64,000 nt of DNA, taken from positions 17,625,500 through 17,689,499 of the forward strand of contig CM082577.2 of NCBI GenBank assembly GCA_040954595.2, read 5' to 3'. The stretch is from Balanoglossus misakiensis (Eukaryota > Animalia > Hemichordata). Below the pieces are notes generated by a model. The model was not told where the DNA came from. It saw nothing but the letters and a program-made list of their open reading frames with translations, and searched no databases. A program made the position numbers and the translations under genes. This document shows positions 60,181 through 64,000 of the stretch, in pieces. How positions within the stretch are numbered: the stretch's first letter is position 1; every line of letters starts with the position of its first letter.

Positions 60181-61153
60181 TGTGTACTCTACTCCGACAT
60201 GCGTTCGCTATAAGACATACATAGACCGGCAACTGCTGTATAACTAAATTTTGCATGGTGGTCAAAATGACCACCCGTTTCCGCATGACTAGTATGACAT
60301 GGAAAGTTGAAGCAGTAATGTGCAAAAATTAGTTTGTGAAATTTTGAGAGAGTCAAAATTATTTTCCCTGCATAAAATGCAGGAATTCTTGATCTGAGTG
60401 CCATTCCAAAAAATCAGAATTTGTGAAAACTGTATTCAGGGCTAAGCTGTCATTTGTCAGTGTTGTTGTCTTTATTCAGTTTATGAAGGGGAAAATATTT
60501 TAGCTGATTATTTATTTAAGTTTATTTATTTAAGTCTTAGTGGTTGTATTGTTTTAGTTTTTGTCAAATGTGAAAAGTGACTTGCCTGGCAGAAACTTCT
60601 GTTGATTATTTATTTATGCAAATTAGGCACCACATTAATATTCCAACCTATGGAGAATACTGTAAAGTGTTTTACAGTATAGGAAGACAGATGACTAATG
60701 CAAACCAATTGACAACACATCTTCAAATTGCTCGAAGTTTGCTAAAAGTGTGGTTTGTTCAAAGAAATGTTGTTTGCAAACTTTAAACCATCATTCTCAT
60801 AAGGTACTGTGCAAACATGCATACATGGTGGTAAAAGATATGGCTGATGCACCAAGTAAAATGTGTCAATATCAATAGTTGATCACGCGCCACTGACATG
60901 ACTGTGCAATTGCTAAGAATCGTCTTCTGATTCTTTATTATAATATTTCCATCAAATCTATCACACATAGTATTGAAACTACATGTTACTGACTGTACTG
61001 GCTATAGGTGTAACAGACACAAAGTTTACTTTCAATATTTTGGTATTCATGGTTGCTTACAGATGGATGTCCAAAGCAACAAACAACAAAAAGATCAACA
61101 TTAATCAAATAAACCAACAATTAATGTTATTTTGACTTCTTTTTCATCACTAG

Positions 61154-61225
61154 TTTCCCAGATTACGTATATTAGATTTATCTTGCAATTACATCAAGAA
61201 TATTGAAAATCTTGACAATAACACG
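61154..61225 (+). CDS. LRR protein exon 3
   Basis: actag|FPRLRILDLSCNYIKNIENLDNNT|gtaagt; SDS22-like LxxLxLxxNxIxxIxNL. Confidence 0.9.
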
Positions 61226-61286
61226 GTAAGTATTATATTTTAGTCCCCACATCTTGAATGTCCAGGCTGAGGGGATGATAGATTAA

Positions 61287-61344
61287 AGGGGAAATCCGGC
61301 GTACCAAATTATGTAGAAATCAGCTATACCGGATTTCCTCTAGT
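61287..61344. mobile_element. Minimal TTAA-flanked MITE remnant
   Basis: TTAA|AGGGGAAATCCGG...CCGGATTTCCTCT. The 3' half is the reverse complement of 35810-35849. Confidence 0.55.
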
Positions 61345-61891
61345 TTAAGCTTCATGTATCCTTCCCCTCATCTGTTTGTTTGTCTCTTTGTCATTCCAGA
61401 CCCATGTCTCAAGTGAAAAGCTTGCAAACAAAGGCTGACAGCAGGCACTCTTGTGAACTCAATCCAGTCTATTGTCTCATTTTGATACTAACATAATAGT
61501 GTACTTTCAACCATCATGTACTGCTGGCATATTCATACATGTAGCCCTTTTTTAGCTGTTGATTCATTTGAATGTATGGATTCAATGAGAAATTTTATGG
61601 TAGTGCTTGTCAGAGTGTATCATTTTTGTGTTGCAGTCTTCCAGTGTAGAGAGTTGCATGTCACTTGGAGGATCACAAGGTGTGCAGAATATGGCAGGGG
61701 CTCCCAGAGGGTTGCAAAGACCTTGCCTTCAATGTTGGAGACCGTGCATAGCACCTTAATTTTAACAATGAATTCCCTGTGAGCGTATGTTGCATACCGA
61801 TATGTAAAAACATGAAAGTCAGTTGCTGTAACTTCTACCTAATAAGCCAACGGCATTATCTCTCTCTCAATTTTTTCTCTTCTCTTTGTAG

Positions 61892-61950
61892 GATCTTCGG
61901 GAATTAAAAGTTTATGGTAATCAAATAATCGAAATCAATAACCTTGGAGG
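61892..61950 (+). CDS. LRR protein exon 4
   Basis: tgtag|DLRELKVYGNQIIEINNLG|gtgagt; phase 0-2. Confidence 0.9.
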
Positions 61951-63561
61951 GTGAGTTGTTGATTAACATGTATCACCTAAACCTGTCAGTGTGTTTCTGT
62001 AATTGCTTTATCAGAAGACCCATCTATGAATGCATACACTGGATATTAAAGTATTGACCCACTCTAATTGAAAATATTGTCATTTTCTTGATGTTTATAT
62101 GTAATTTGTCAATGAATTTCAATACAAAAATAAAGAGTTAGGGGTCTAAAAAATTTATGGAAAATGCTGAGTCATCAGTTTTCTTGCACTCTTTTTATTG
62201 TATGGTTTTCATACAGTGAAAATATCTGAGCAGCTCTATAAAAATCAAGCTTGGTGACACATGGCATGGTGTTTTGATTATATAATTTAAAAATACACCT
62301 TTTTGTGAAATTTCAAGAAAATGACAATATTGTAATGCTGTTTTCTCAAAGTCTATACAAATGTATGTAAGGGTATGGAATGTGATAACCCTGCACTACA
62401 TCTATTCATATTCCACTATTAATGATTGTATGTGCACACTCATCTTGTAGCAATCAAGTATTTAAAAGTTCATAGCATTTTTGACCTGCCCAACTTTGAT
62501 ATCAAACTGGAAGATTCATGCCAGAATACAAGCTTATGCACTTGGTCAGTTCCTATTACATTATGTTACTGTGATCATATAACAGTACATGTAAGAGGCC
62601 ATACATGTAGATAATAAAAGTATGTGAATTGTGAACAAAATTGGTGGCTTTAAGCTTTATATTGATTTTCAACACCAAATTTCCCTGTAGCATTGTCGTG
62701 GGTTTGAGCCAGAAAATTCATAATACACTAAGAGGTATTGCTATAAGGAAATACATGTTTCAGTACTGTAGTTAGAAAATATTACATACTTATTGAATTC
62801 TAAAGGTTTAAAAAAATTATCTTTGGAGACGGGCAGTGACTGTGAAACTTTAAATCATAAATTCTTCATTGCATTTTCGTACTTCCAAACTTTCATTAAG
62901 GATTGGGGATGGTTTGAGGTCATACATAACTATTTTGCTATGCACATGCTTTACATTGTAGTTATTCTTGATCAAAAACGCATGACAAAATGTCCTTTGT
63001 TCCCATGCATATTGTCCAGTTGGTATTTTGTAAGTTGCAGTTGTCATGGACATGATTTAATGATCAACAGCCTTGAAACAGTATTACTACACTGACTGTA
63101 GCTTCCTTGCCTAGATATCTTTTGAAACTCAAAGTTATCAAACTCAACTCTTTGAGATTTCATAATGTGTATGATTTTGTTTAAATAATTGTATAATTAT
63201 GATGAAGAAGCATGCACTTCTACTATACCGTGTTAGGCCATACACTCTTTGAAATTCATTGAAAAATGAGTCTTTAAAACATTAGTCCTAGCAAACAGAT
63301 TAAGCCACCAATGATATCTTATATATAAGTGTTAATTATTGTGCGTCTGTGGAGGGGGGGAGGGGGGATTGTAATTCACAAGTGCCCATGTTTGCAAATA
63401 TGCACAATCATTTCTGGAAAATTATATCTTCTACATGTATCTCAAGTGCAACTTAAACTTTTGGGTGACTTTTGACACATGGGTTCTCTACATACTGTAA
63501 AATCAGACAAAATTGACTGAATTATTGGTATTACATGTATCTTCTCTATTTTCCTCATTAG

Positions 63562-63614
63562 ATGCAAAGAACTGTGTAATCTTTTATTACAACACAACAA
63601 GGTCCGGTCAATAG
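63562..63614 (+). CDS. LRR protein exon 5 (gene continues beyond the window)
   Basis: cattag|a CKELCNLLLQHNKVRSI g|gttagt; phase 2-1, consistent with exon 4. Confidence 0.88.
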
Positions 63615-64000
63615 GTTAGTGTCTCTTTTGTGTAATGTCTGTCTATTACTGGGTTCACATCTAGGCCCATGGCCGGGCAAAACTAATTCCTGATGATTGT
63701 GACAAGATAAGCTAATCTTTAGTCCCCGTTCACATGTAGGCCGTTCACATTACTCAAAAAAGGCTAGGCCCTTGTCCTAGCAAGGTCCGTGGCCGAGCAA
63801 AAAAAACAGGTGTGAACCTGTCCGGACAATTTTGGTCCCAGTTGAATGAATTGTCTAATCCATTCATTAGTTCGTTTTTACCTTTGTCTGTTGCAACATG
63901 AATAGGACCAGTTCCATTGAAACATAATACCTAGAGCTTCATGGAAGTGGAGGGTGTGGAGATCCATTGTTATTCTTGGGAAATTGCATTGTTCATCAAA

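Overview
AT-rich, intron-containing animal genomic DNA, probably an invertebrate deuterostome (inferred from gene content and repeat types; the species cannot be determined). Four host genes are supported, all on the + strand. (1) A single-coding-exon C19orf85/FAM181-motif protein (10778-11875). (2) An LRATD/FAM84-like NlpC/P60-family protein (20996-21496) that keeps a Cys where vertebrate LRATD1/2 have Ser. (3) A 9-exon, about 671-aa secreted mosaic protein: signal-PAN-EGF-LDLa x2-Sushi x3-LamG/pentraxin-like (28482-45795), with all intron phases consistent. (4) The 5' part of an SDS22-type LRR gene (57636 to beyond the window end). The rest is rich in transposons: a triple nest (degenerate DIRS1 > solo LTR > L2/CR1 LINE with an open ORF2 but YADG instead of YADD), a solo LTR inside a TTAA-flanked MITE, several TTA-flanked Harbinger-like and TTAA-flanked Kolobok-like MITEs, a Helentron-like element, fold-backs and microsatellites. 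The most unusual signal is two sequence-unrelated hairpin elements (34741-35217 and 59527-60180). They share a GNA-triloop apex, repeated tandem GA/GA mismatches and an asymmetric short inverted repeat, which points to selection on single-stranded DNA structure.
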